Shown: piece after piece, positions 44,134 to 55,716 of the stretch
Position numbering within the stretch: the first letter of the stretch is position 1
Layout: the number at the start of each line of letters is the position of its first letter
DNA from: Flectonema sp. DT1601
Taxonomy: Eukaryota
NCBI GenBank assembly: GCA_964019425.1
Contig: OZ025784.1
Span: 992,001 to 1,056,000 of the forward strand
DNA length: 64,000 nucleotides
Direction of reading: 5' to 3'
Notes under the pieces: model-generated
Database searches by the model: none
Seen by the model: only the letters and a program-made list of their open reading frames with translations
Told to the model about the DNA's origin: nothing
Program-made: the position numbers and the translations under genes

Positions 44134-46106
44134 TTGATTAAAGTATCCCGTAGGGAGAGAATGAATTGCACACGAAAGAAAAAACTTGTTTTTTTAAACT
44201 CACATTTTTGACATTCAAAAAAAAGAAAAAGAACAAAACCAAAACCAAAACGTTGGGTAATAACCAAATTTCAAAAAAAAAAAAAAAAAAAAAAGAATCA
44301 GCTTTAACAAAATTGTAATAAAATCACAGTTGATGTTTGTTTGCGTCACGCAGCCCCGTGAACCGACTTAAAGTGATAAAGCTAAAAGGACGTTTACGTG
44401 TGCTGCCCAAAATTGTTTATAAAATAATAATAATAAGCGACTTCCTATTGAGACCTTCTGAAGAACAAATGAAATTTGCTCACGCGAACCAATTAGTAGT
44501 GAAACCGTCATAATTGAAGTGGATCTCAAGAGTGTTCGAAATCTTCTTCAGGGCGGTAATGTGACCTAGATAACTAACTGGTGTGGGATGCAGTACTGAG
44601 TGCGGAATTCCCTATTACGGGAAGTCCTGAGGGAACATTATTTTTCATTCTTACTATCATTTTAAAAGTTGGCGAAAAAAACTCCCACCCGACCAGTTCT
44701 GCCAATTGGAATGATACTCAGAAAAAACCAAATGTAGTAGGTGACAGCTTGACCTGAGGCGGCAGGTTGGTACCAAAATTGCTACACAAATGACTACTAG
44801 TTTCGCATCAGGTACCTGGGGTTTTCAGTTTTGATGATGTTTGGCACCAATAGTGGCCAGCGGTTCCGAAAAACAATTGATAAACTCTGGTTACGAGGTT
44901 TGTCCCGCTGCATTCGAAATAATTAGCACCTGAAAAACCCTACGCGCATTTTTTTGTTTGTAAAACCACCCAGAGCACAGCAGTCTCAATGAGAAACCAT
45001 AAGAAATACACCCACGGAAAATGGGGTGGAAAAAAAAAAAAAAAAAAAAAAAATGAAGAAGAAAAAAATCCCCCACTCATAGAGAGAATTTGGCAAAATC
45101 ACCTCCCAATCTCAAAGGAGTAAAGAAATCAAAATTCGCACTGAATTTTTTTTTTTTGATTAGACACTGGAAGTCAGGATAAATAACCTTTTTTTGTCGC
45201 TCAAAAAAAAAAAAAAAAAAAAGGGGGGTTGAGTGATAGTTTTGACAATGGTAGTAACAGTAATAAACCTTATAATAAATAATTAATAATTAATAAAGGA
45301 TGTATTACACTCGTAAATAACTAAAACACCACCACTAGTACAAGTATCTAGAAAACGTTGTCGAATCTGGTAGTTCGGGGCATACAAGTTGAGCGCCCCA
45401 TACCTTGCAGTCCGTCACAATGGATGAAAACTTTTTTCTCTTTTTTGTTTTTTTTTCAAAAAAAAAAAAAAAAAAGGTGGGCAATGTGCCCCCCAAGTTT
45501 GGTACAAAAAAGGGGAAAAATAAACTTCGTATATTCGGAATCACAAATTAAAAAAAACAACCACCAAGTCAATTAGCACCAGTAAGGACCCAATCGCAAA
45601 GATGGTAGTTTTATTGCTTCGGCTAGAGAAGTGATCGACTTCAGCTCCCACCTGGCCCAGAGGCTAACAGGTTGAAAACTAAAGAAAAAAAATCTGGGAG
45701 TGAGCGGAAGGTGAAAAAAGATTTTTTCATATTCAGCATCTTTCTTTACAATACGACCACATGTGCCATATGCCCACACTCCACGAAAGAAAATAGAAAC
45801 CCCGGAACAGTACCGAGGATCGTTCACCTCCAGTTGTCACTGTGGGCTTACCGAAAAGCTTTGGAAAAGTACCACAAAAATTGGGCAGCCATGTCACTCA
45901 GCAAGAAATAAAAACAAAAAGGATCAGACAGTCAGTTTAAGGTCACAACTGCGCCAGACCAGAAAAAAAAATATAAAAATATATAAACTAATTACTTGAC
46001 GTTTACTAACTAACCAAAATTGAAGCCTAACTGCTTATTTCTTTTTTTGTTCCCCGACAAATTTTTACTTTTTATCTCGTAAACAATTTTTCAGAAGACC
46101 TGCTCA

Positions 46107-46225
46107 ATAGAAACAGATAGATAAAGAAGTCACTACATTGCGTGTTGTGATCTCTGATACAAAACTAAAGAGCATCAGGTCACTTCCATAGAACGTAAGT
46201 AGACCCAATCTTTTGTTTGGATTAT
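46107..46225. repeat. Dispersed duplication, copy 2 (31 nt extra at 46175-46205)
   Basis: Direct comparison with 44047-44133. Confidence 0.9.
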
Positions 46226-46915
46226 ATAAACAAATAGAAACAGAAGAAAAAAAAAAAAAACATCAATTTAAAAAAATCTTTCTGACTTAAAAAAAAAAAA
46301 ATAATGATAATAACAATAATAATTCGCAACACGGTGTCAGATAGCGAAGACGATCCAATTAGTAGTTGGAATCGATATTTACTACCGCAGTGACGTTTTT
46401 CACTAAACTTTCTTAACACGAATTAAGAGTACACAGCGACCACTACATCCACACCATAAAAAAACCTCCCATGCGATATTCCAAAAGGCTCCTTCACATA
46501 ATATTTTCCAGCGTGTAAATGCCTCCGGAAAAAAAAAAAAAAAAAAAAGGAAGAGGAGGTTTTTTTAGTGCTCCTACCAACCGGTGGCCATGAAGCTGTA
46601 GGATTTGGAAATCATTCGTTAAATGAAAGTAAACAAGAAAAAGGGAGCGCGCTGACCTTGCTAATATTGATAAGGTGTGGCATAGGGAAAGAAATATATG
46701 GCGAGTTTCTATGGATCTGTACTGTCCGTTTCCTTCAATCAGGTCTCATACTCAACAGCTGAATAGATGTCAGATTGATTTAAAATTTAAAGAAAAAAAA
46801 AAAAAATTCAATTTTTCTCTCAAGAATTTTCATCAGGTTAATAAATCTCTTTGAGGTAACCAACAACGATATAGAATAAACTAGAGAAGTGAAAACAGAT
46901 AAAAGAAATATTGAA

Positions 46916-48775
46916 CTATATCCTACCAATAGGCTGCACAAGAGGGTTTGACCACGATCTTAATTTCGGGGAATCAGATTCAACAGAAGATGCAACCTCA
47001 TCATTGCCGTAATGCTCTTCTGGAATGGGTCCTGCAAACCCGTCTGGCACAGAACGATAGAATTCTGAAACCGTCAGCCCTGAATCACCTCCAGCCGCCA
47101 TCTTTCTCTTCTTAAGAAGCAGCATTGAGAGGGATAGTACCACTACTGCGGCACACAGACAACCTCCTCCAAAAAACCAAAAGAAGGGAATCGAACTTGA
47201 TGAGTTATTACCAGGCTCACTCCAGTTTTGTGTCTCAGTAGGCGACCATGAGGTATCTCTAGGTCCGTATTGAGTTGTTTTTATAAGGCTTCCATCATCA
47301 AAAGGAACGACGTCAAGAACGAGAAGATCTTTTTTAATATTATTATTGTCGTGTAGTACACCAGTGTTTTTAGATGCCTCATTAACGGCTTTTATGATAG
47401 CACCTTCCTCCTTGAAGACTTCCGTATTTTTCCAATCCGTAATAATAAATTCAGCAAACACTCCTCCATATTTATTTAGGTTCGCTAGTTCTTCTTGTGT
47501 TTCAGCAAGTGTTTCTGTGTTACGATCAGGTGTTATGTAATCTTTTCCAGAAACGCAATCATGTTGCGCGTTGGTAGCTGTTGGTTTTCGCAAGTCCTTT
47601 GTAAGAGGACAGACGTAAGAAATCAATATATCGAATGGAGCTCCTGGATAACCATTACTTTCGAATGTTTGAAGGATAGTTTTTCGTAATTTCGCCAACC
47701 AGTTTGCGATATCTGGACGTGGCCATTTTGCTCGGAACTTAAATCCCTTTGCGATCCAAGGATTCTCAAACTTACTTCCAATCTCCCACCCGACTGGATA
47801 AGTTGGTGCCACTGGAACAGAAGTTGCGGCGACAGGGATATTAGTCCCAGGGATACTCGTGTTGCTAAGTGGTAGTATATTAGGATCCATAAGTGGTACC
47901 TCAGTAGGAATGGCAGTTAAAACTGGCGCACTGGTTGGTATTTCAGTTGGGGTCTGTGAAGGAGGTACAACAGTAGGAACTGTTGTTGGAACCACAGATG
48001 GTACTGCCGTGGGAATCGCAGTTGGCATCGCAGTTGGAATCGCTGTTGGGTTCGCAGTTGGAATCGCTGTTGGGTTCGCAGTTGGAATCGCTGTTGGGTT
48101 CGCAGTTGGAATCGCTGTTGGGTTCGCAGTTGGAACCGCAGTTGGGGTCGCAGTCGGGGTCGCAGTCGGGGTAGCTGTTGGGATCGCAGTTGGAACTTGA
48201 GTAGGAATATTCGTGGGAACAGGTGTTGGAGCTGTCGTTTTATAACAGGTCACCTGCTGATTGTTTTTATCAATATTCTGACTGTACTGTCCTAGTAAAC
48301 CTCCTCCCTTGTTATACCAACAAGTGAATATCCATTCTTGACTTGTTATAGCATTCACACACATTGCGCAGGCTATTTTTTCCGTTCTTTTCCAAATCAT
48401 GCTGGCAAATGGTTTATACTTTTTGTGATTATCCGGATCGTCTGGGTCATTGAAGTTAAAGGAATTCGCAAACTGAATCCAAATTTCAATAGCTGCGAGG
48501 TCAGTCACTCCTGATCGGTATGGCCCTTGACCTGTATAGGATTCCTCCGTGGTGTCTTGTCCATAAAATTGTTGAGGTACTACGGACCCTGGACTACATG
48601 CTGTTTTATCTAACACTTGCTGCATACTCTGATCCCACTCAAGGTCTCCACTGTCGTGTCTACATCGAACGCTATTTATTTTGTTGATGATATCACTTTT
48701 CGTAGAACGGCTTATTTGCTTTACTTGTGCTCCGCTCGCCGCAATCAACGCGAAGACGAAACTTAAACATCGCAT
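46916..48775 (-). CDS. Type I membrane protein: CAP/SCP domain, mucin-like PTA(I/N/T) repeats, TM helix
   Basis: Signal peptide MRCLSFVFALIAASGA; NSVRCRH..LEWD, MIWKRTEKIACA, CWY..GG..GQY.QNI are CAP motifs; C-terminal TM. Confidence 0.85.
   Translation of the reverse strand: MRCLSFVFALIAASGAQVKQISRSTKSDIINKINSVRCRHDSGDLEWDQSMQQVLDKTACSPGSVVPQQFYGQDTTEESYTGQGPYRSGVTDLAAIEIWIQFANSFNFNDPDDPDNHKKYKPFASMIWKRTEKIACAMCVNAITSQEWIFTCWYNKGGGLLGQYSQNIDKNNQQVTCYKTTAPTPVPTNIPTQVPTAIPTATPTATPTATPTAVPTANPTAIPTANPTAIPTANPTAIPTANPTAIPTAMPTAIPTAVPSVVPTTVPTVVPPSQTPTEIPTSAPVLTAIPTEVPLMDPNILPLSNTSIPGTNIPVAATSVPVAPTYPVGWEIGSKFENPWIAKGFKFRAKWPRPDIANWLAKLRKTILQTFESNGYPGAPFDILISYVCPLTKDLRKPTATNAQHDCVSGKDYITPDRNTETLAETQEELANLNKYGGVFAEFIITDWKNTEVFKEEGAIIKAVNEASKNTGVLHDNNNIKKDLLVLDVVPFDDGSLIKTTQYGPRDTSWSPTETQNWSEPGNNSSSSIPFFWFFGGGCLCAAVVVLSLSMLLLKKRKMAAGGDSGLTVSEFYRSVPDGFAGPIPEEHYGNDEVASSVESDSPKLRSWSNPLVQPIGRI
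48010..48200 (-). repeat. Coding 12/24-bp tandem repeat (TANPTAIP)n
   Basis: Repeated gggttcgcagttggaatcgctgtt units. Confidence 0.9.
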
Positions 48776-49851
48776 TGTTGTAACCACACCTAATATAATA
48801 TACAAAATAATATTTAAAAAAAAAAAAAAAAAAAAAACATATAAAAATCTACCTTCGTTGTGTCCTTCTTTACTTTTTACTGAATTTAAAAAAAGAATAT
48901 TATTATTATCACTCATCACGTTGATAGAGATGCAAACACAACGTCGAAAAAGAGGAAACTACAGATGAGTTGAGGGAAGGGTTTTTTAGTATTTACCTTT
49001 CGCACGACCCAACGCTAAAAGAAACTTTTAAATTATGTAGTAGTATCTTATTTACGCGAAATGTGAGTTTAGATACGCCACGTAGTGTGATGTGTTGATG
49101 ACGAGAAAAAAAAAACGGGGGATAAAAATATAAAAACAAAAAACGGGGGTGGGGAAAAAAAGGAGGGGATGGATGTATTCTTTTTTTTTTTTTTTTTCCT
49201 AAAAAAAAAATGAAATAAAAAAAAATAAAAACAAAAAGCGTGGTGCCCCCACCTTTCATTATATTGTCAAAAAAGAAAATAATAATTTTTGAATATAACT
49301 ACGGTGGTGAGAACCACTTAAAAAAAATGACCTGCAAAAGAATGATAGAACCGAAAAGTGACAAAAAAAAAAAAAAAAAAAAGTGAAATTCGAAAAATAG
49401 AAAAAAAAAATTAAAGGGAAAAAGGCAAGAAGCAGAAGTTACAAAACAAGTAGAGCCACAATCAGGGATAGTGCAACGGGCTTGCCATAAAAAAGAAAAA
49501 GAGGAAGAAATACAACGTTTAGAAAAGTGAACGCCGACTTGCTCTCGTCCGTTGCATTAAGTCAGTAACTGGTCATGAGAATTTTATTCACTTCCTATTC
49601 CTTTTTTTCTTTTTTCTTTTGCCTCAATTAATTTTTCGCTTCTTAATGATGATTGCTGAGTGATTACAAAATATACCAGCCAATTGGGAAGGGAAATTGA
49701 AAATGGGAAACAAAAAAATTTATTTTTTTTTTCCCCTCTCTTTTTAAACACTACATTCAAAATTTTGCTGTTTTTTTTTTTTTCTTTTCTTAACCCAGGC
49801 TTAACCCATTGGTATATAACATAAGTAGTTAACTCCAGAAATAAAGTAAGA

Positions 49852-52800
49852 CTACTGTCCTGACATCCACTTCTGTGGAGTAGTTCCAATGAAGTCAGTT
49901 AGCATGGCAAGAGTCTTTTCATCTATTCCTCTGTTATCCTCGTCTGTGTATTCCTCGATGAGCTGTTTTATTATTTGTGTGTTTTTATAATTTTGATAGA
50001 ATACAATTATTTCTAACTAAATAAAATAAAGACATACCTTACGAGCGATCGCCTGTAGCGTAAAGATGTTTGATCCATTCTCCCCACAGACAATTGGATT
50101 TCTTTGACACACGTAGTGGTTAAAGATAGTATCATGAACTACAACACATTCAATTTGATCGCCAGTAGTTGGAAGTAATTGAAGAACAAATGGAAGAACC
50201 TCAGCTGGATTCACATGAGGTTCATTTGGGTACAATTCAACTAATTTAAGCATCGCACTGGCAGCGTTGACAACAGCACCCGACCAATCTTTGTTTTGCC
50301 AATGCTGAGCAATCTTATGAGCTGCTGCCATTGTTTGCTTAGTGAAATCAGCTGGTAGTCCTGGAGAGTCTGGTACGTTCTTAATGTCATTACCAAAAGT
50401 AGCACAGATCTTAAGACCGTATGCGACATCTTGAGCGACTATCTCATCATCATAAGTTGCTCCGTGAATTAGAGCAGAGAAGATGTGATGGTAGTACGGC
50501 ATCACTGCTAGTTCACCGTATGCTAGGAAGTCATCTAATAAGGAGTAAGCAAGTTTCTTATCGTGACTATCAGTTGATTGAATCATCTCAGTAACAAGAG
50601 GTAAGAAGTCTTTAATAAAATGAGGAACGATAAGAACTGGATGAGTCTTCAAACAACTTCCAATACAAGTCACGGAGTGCAACAAGAACTCTTCTTCAAC
50701 TGCGTGCTTCTGAGTAATCTTCTCCTGTTCGTCTTCATCGTGTTTTACCTCCTCCTTCAGTGAATCTGTATTTTTTTTTTTTTTTTTTGTTATAAAAGCA
50801 CTAAACCAAGAAATTTTCTTTTTTTACATGCAAGATAAAAACATACCGTTAGTAGCGACAACCTTTCTCTCACGAGACTCCTTAAACATTTCGAGTAGGA
50901 TCTTAATATAGTCATCAATCTTGTTAGATGGCAACACGTTTTTGAGGTCAGCGTTCTCAAGCAACCGTCCGAAGGCTTCCATAAGATGAGCAGAGTTGAT
51001 TACTAAAATCTCACGTTTCAATGCTTCAATAAGAGTATCAAGCATGTGAATCATACTGTTACCAATGGCTCCTTGATCACCACGTTTGACGTTGTGCATA
51101 ATGCTTGGGATTAGCTTAACACTGTGTTCACGTACCTCGGCATCATAGGCACAGGTGGTAAGTGGAGCAACAACCTCCATAACCGCTTTATAGAATGGCT
51201 GCATATCATCAGCGAGGTTTTCATAAATTGTATCCAACAGAGCGCATGCTAACTTAGCGTCTTCAAGTTTAGATGTGTGAATACAAACTTCAGCTACTTC
51301 ACTTCCGAGTGAGATTCCTTTAGTCTCGTCAGCTACACGGGTACTGATGCAGTCAGTGCTGCCTGCATGCATTATCTTAATACATGATGATACTACTCTC
51401 TCTAAGTATGGTTTAATTAGCTGTCCTTCACCAGTAGACGCAAGAGAGACCCAAGCCTTGTTGATGTACTGCTGTCTGACATCATCAGCTGGAGCGCTTT
51501 CCATAATCTTCCACATGTGGGATCTAAACAAATCGAGGAAGTTATTTTCGTTTAATTTTGCTTCAGGAATGCAGGTGGCGATACCGGCAACGCATTCGAT
51601 GGTTTTTCCGACTAACTCGCGGAACTTCTCTTCCTCGAATTTGAGGTAGTTGGTTAATACCGGAATAAAGATATCGTAATATTGAATAAATTCTTTGTCC
51701 ATGTTGAAAGCAATATCTGAGAGGGCTGTGATGGCCTCTTCTCTGACGAACAGTTGCTCGTTTTCGCGACAGAGAACGCTGTGGATTTCCTTAAGAATTC
51801 CTTCGTGGTATTTAATATAACATTTTGCGTCAGCATCTTCAGCAAAGCTAGACATGATAGAGAGACCAGCTTTACGAAGCTTTGGGATACTGTCAGCCAT
51901 AAGTTTTACACTCGATTCGATAATCTGATCTGAGTACTTCTCTTCATAGGCAGGAGTGAACTCCATACAAAACTGACCAATACATTCAGCAGCGATGTGT
52001 CTTACTTTTGGGTGTTCGTGAGTGATGTGTTTGACAACAATCTCAGTAAAGCTCTGCATAACTGCTGGCTTTTCAAAAGTGCTGTGGCATCCTTCAGCAC
52101 ATGATACCAAAATAGCTATCGCTGCATAGTGTTTACGCCATTCACTTGATGCGAGAAGGACCTTCAACTGTTCAGAGAGCACGGCTTCAAGAGTCTTTCC
52201 TCCAAATGCTTCAGCGCAGACGGTAAGTCCCTGAACTCCAAATTCAGAGTCAGTGACTCCTTCCTCATCGTCAGCATCCTCATCTTCAGAGTCGTCATCA
52301 TGAAGAGCCCAGTGATCATTTGGCTCTGGTACAGTTGTAATTAAATCAATAAGTTTTTGGCAAAGAGTACCAACAAACTTTGGTACTCTCTTCAACTGTC
52401 TTGGAGCTGCGTCAGCAAGAGTAGTTAAGAAGTCACCAGCGTGATGTCTGAATTCTTTAGTTGGGTGTCCCATCATTGCGAACATTGCTTCGACAAGAGC
52501 CTGAGTGTTAGAAGAGCTGGTGTAGAAGTCAGTGTTAGTCTCAGCAATCTCAGTTATGACTTCCATAACGTTCTTTACCTCATCGTGGTTGTTGTTGACA
52601 ACTTTTTCTAAAACTCTCAACATGGTTGGAATCATTGCTGACCAACTTTTAATATTTGGAAGATCTGGTTCACTAGTGAAGCTCAACAACGCTCTCATCG
52701 CTGCCACGTTAGTTGGAAGATGCTCAGCGTTCAGCGCCTTTTCAATTTCCACTTTGAAAACTTCGGATTCGTCAGCGAGAGGTTTGGTCACAACAGCGTC

Positions 52801-53247
52801 ACCAATAATTCTCATCACTCTGAGTTGGATTTGACCTTCATGGGAAGACTTTAAAAATGGAACTACTTCAGGCCATTTGTTCGTCTCAGCGAGAAGTGTG
52901 AAGCAGAGAAGCGCAATTGCGTCTTCAATTTGCTTTGAGACCTTCTCATCATCAATTCCCTGAACAAACTGAATGAGGTAACTTCTGAATCCAGCCTGTT
53001 GTTCAGCAGTCAACTTGTCATAGAGATCGTGAGTTGTGATTGCTTTCTTTAAAAGAATAGATGCCAACTGTTTGGTTGGTCCTGACTCCTCAGCTACAGC
53101 TCTAGTCAGTCCCATTACGTACCAACCTGGTTGTTGAGTTCTTACATCCGATAGACCTGCTTCGGCTTGTTGTCTGATGTCATTTCTTTCACTTTGTGCG
53201 TTGGTTAGAGTAGTGACCAACTTCTCATGCATATCATCGGCAGCCAT
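49852..53247 (-). CDS. IPO5: Importin-5 / karyopherin beta-3-like HEAT-repeat protein, 3 exons: 53247-50847, 50765-50038, 49962-49852
   Basis: IBN-N start (NDIRQQAEAGL), acidic loop, WRKHYAAI...AEGC, HPKVRH, IHTSKLED; GT-AG introns join the 824-aa and 222-aa ORFs in frame. Confidence 0.85.
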
Positions 53248-54515
53248 GTTTGATAAAACTGATAATGTCCTGGTGAGATTAGAAAAGTTAAGAAACAAAA
53301 TATCGATCAGGGTTTTTTTTATTAAAAAAGAAATTTAAAAAAAAAAAACTAGGCCATCGTTTGGTTTTTCTACAATGAGAAAAACACCAATCCCGAGCAA
53401 CTCGAGAATATACAATTTTTAGATAAAAACAAAACGGCGGAGGAAATAAATGAAATTCAAAAGAAAGAAAAAAAAAAAAAAAAAACTCAAAAAAGCCAGA
53501 GTTCGTTTATTTTAAATATGGCTTACCCTTTGAAGTAATTTGAGTTTTCTTTTTTCTTCTTTTTCTTCTTTTTTTTTTTCAATTTTGAGAATAAAAATAA
53601 AAGGAGAGAGAAGGAAAAAAACAAAAGAAACAAACCAAAGAAAAATGAATACGCGAAGGGATATTATCACAATAATTATTTAGTACACTCGCTTTTTTTT
53701 TTTCTTTCTTTTTTTTTCCCCCCGTCGAGAAAAAAAATAAAATAAAAAACGAAAAAAAAAAACGAGGACAACAAAACACGATATCCCACTCGCGAAAAAC
53801 GCGATCGTTACGATTTAGAGGAGAGGAGAGGGGATAAAAAGAAAAAACAGAAGTCACACGCATAGGTATCACATTATTATTGACACAATACATTTTTTTT
53901 AACGAAAAACACCCGCAGAGGATCAAAAAAGTGATCTAAAACCACATCCACAGAACACACACCAATTTCAGATAGCCACCACAGCTTTATCCACCCGCCT
54001 GAAGGAAGTAGATCGAAGCTGTAAAAACGCAATACGGTTTTTTCTTTTTCTTTTTTTGTTAATACCACCGAAACCAGGTAAGTCCTGACGGCTGTATCAA
54101 ACGTATCGCGGAGAGGTAACTAACTGCTAGTGTGTGAGTTACGTTTTTTTTAAAAACAATCTTTGTAAGGCACATCAATGGGTCTTGGGGACAATTACCG
54201 ATTGCTAGAATTGTTCGGTTTGAATATAAACTCTCTTTTTAAAACGTTTTTTTTTTTTTCTTTTTTGATTATTTTTTTATGGAACAAAACTTTACAAAAA
54301 ATCGACGGTGATAACAATTCTTTGTCCAATCCTCAAAGGAAGAGATGATTAAGACTTTTTTGTGTTAAAATCAAAATGAATTCTCATCTGAAGATGGAAT
54401 AATTTTCTACACAATCACAACTTTAGTGTGTATTGACTAAGGGAACACAAACCCTCACACGAGGAAGAACTAGAAACTATTTATAAAACAAGTGAAAGGA
54501 AACAAAGATTTGCTC

Positions 54516-54749
54516 TTAGACATGCATATCCATTGAGCATCTCATGTGGCGTCTTAAATTGGTATTTCCATGGCAATTGGGGTCTTCTGATCTTCCATCG
54601 CAGTGTCTGACTTCTCCGACAAGCTCCTGATGACCTTTTCCGATCGTTGCTCCGATTCCCCAAATAGATGGCTCTGACACACTGCTGTTAGTTCTCCATC
54701 TTGGAACAGCACCAGGAACACCTCTCAAGATTTTAGTAATGCGAATCAT
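54516..54749 (-). CDS. Small hypothetical protein with short mitochondrial-type presequence
   Basis: MIRITKILRG start; GC-richer island on the cluster strand. Confidence 0.45.
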   Translation of the reverse strand: MIRITKILRGVPGAVPRWRTNSSVSEPSIWGIGATIGKGHQELVGEVRHCDGRSEDPNCHGNTNLRRHMRCSMDMHV

Positions 54750-54962
54750 TTGATTTATGAAAAGGGGAGTTATCTGTTGAACATAGAAATCACATCTCAC
54801 ACCACAAACTAATCACTTTGTATCAGTTAGATTATAATAATCGACAAAAAAAACATCACGTGGCAAAGTGAAAGCTAAGACACTCGCGATAGAATACAAA
54901 ACATAATAATAAATAAAAAAAAAAGTGATCAAAATCTAAATAAAGAAAGATAACGGTGGACC

Positions 54963-55334
54963 TTAAAAGTTATAATTGAGTGGAGAAGCATTGGGCTGAT
55001 TGTAGTTTGTTGTCATTCCGTAGTATTGATCAACAATTCTCTCGTCTACGTCGTCATCGATATCTCTAATGAGAAGAGCTTTTTCTTTTCTAAAGAATAA
55101 TCTTGCTAAAGAAACAACAATCAATATGACGAATGCAGCTCCGACGACGATTCCGACGATCGCACCCGCCGGAAGTCCATCGTAATCTGGAGCCATTGTA
55201 ATCGGTTCACGAGAAGGCGTTATTGTTTCAGGTAACGGCGTCGATCCCGACGGTGACGGTGTAGACACTGGTGACGGCGTCGACACCTGTCCACTTACAA
55301 CACACATCAGTAAGAATATCATAAAACATCTCAT
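54963..55334 (-). CDS. Small single-pass membrane protein (signal peptide, S/T/P stalk)
   Basis: MRCFMIFLLMCVVSG; LPAGAIVGIVVGAAFVILIVVSL TM followed by basic residues. Confidence 0.8.
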   Translation of the reverse strand: MRCFMIFLLMCVVSGQVSTPSPVSTPSPSGSTPLPETITPSREPITMAPDYDGLPAGAIVGIVVGAAFVILIVVSLARLFFRKEKALLIRDIDDDVDERIVDQYYGMTTNYNQPNASPLNYNF

Positions 55335-55716
55335 CTCAATTTCTGTTGTTCTTTTCATTTCATCTTATTCTTGTTGTTTGCTGCTTGCTGGAAAGAAAAA
55401 AAAAAAGGAAAAATCTCATCCGACCATCTCATAAATTACAAACAAAAAAGTGATGATTCACAAACAAAACGACCACACACAGAGATACCTACATTGGTTA
55501 AATAAGGCATTCACTTTGGGGAGAAACCGGCCGTCATTTTAAAAAAAAAAAAAAAAAAAAAAGACAACGTTTTTTTTTTTTTGCTATCTGGTTGTTGTTA
55601 ACTGTGATACCCAATCGTATAAAATTTAGACCTGGATAAATCAAAGCACACAATAAAACAGCAACATTTTTTTTGGGGAGAAAGAGAGAGAGAGAGACAG
55701 AGAGAGAAAGAGAGAA

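Noticed and set aside
54074..54084. GACTTACCTGG resembling the U1 snRNA 5' end
   Set aside because: Runs straight into an A-rich tract with no U1 stem-loops or Sm site.
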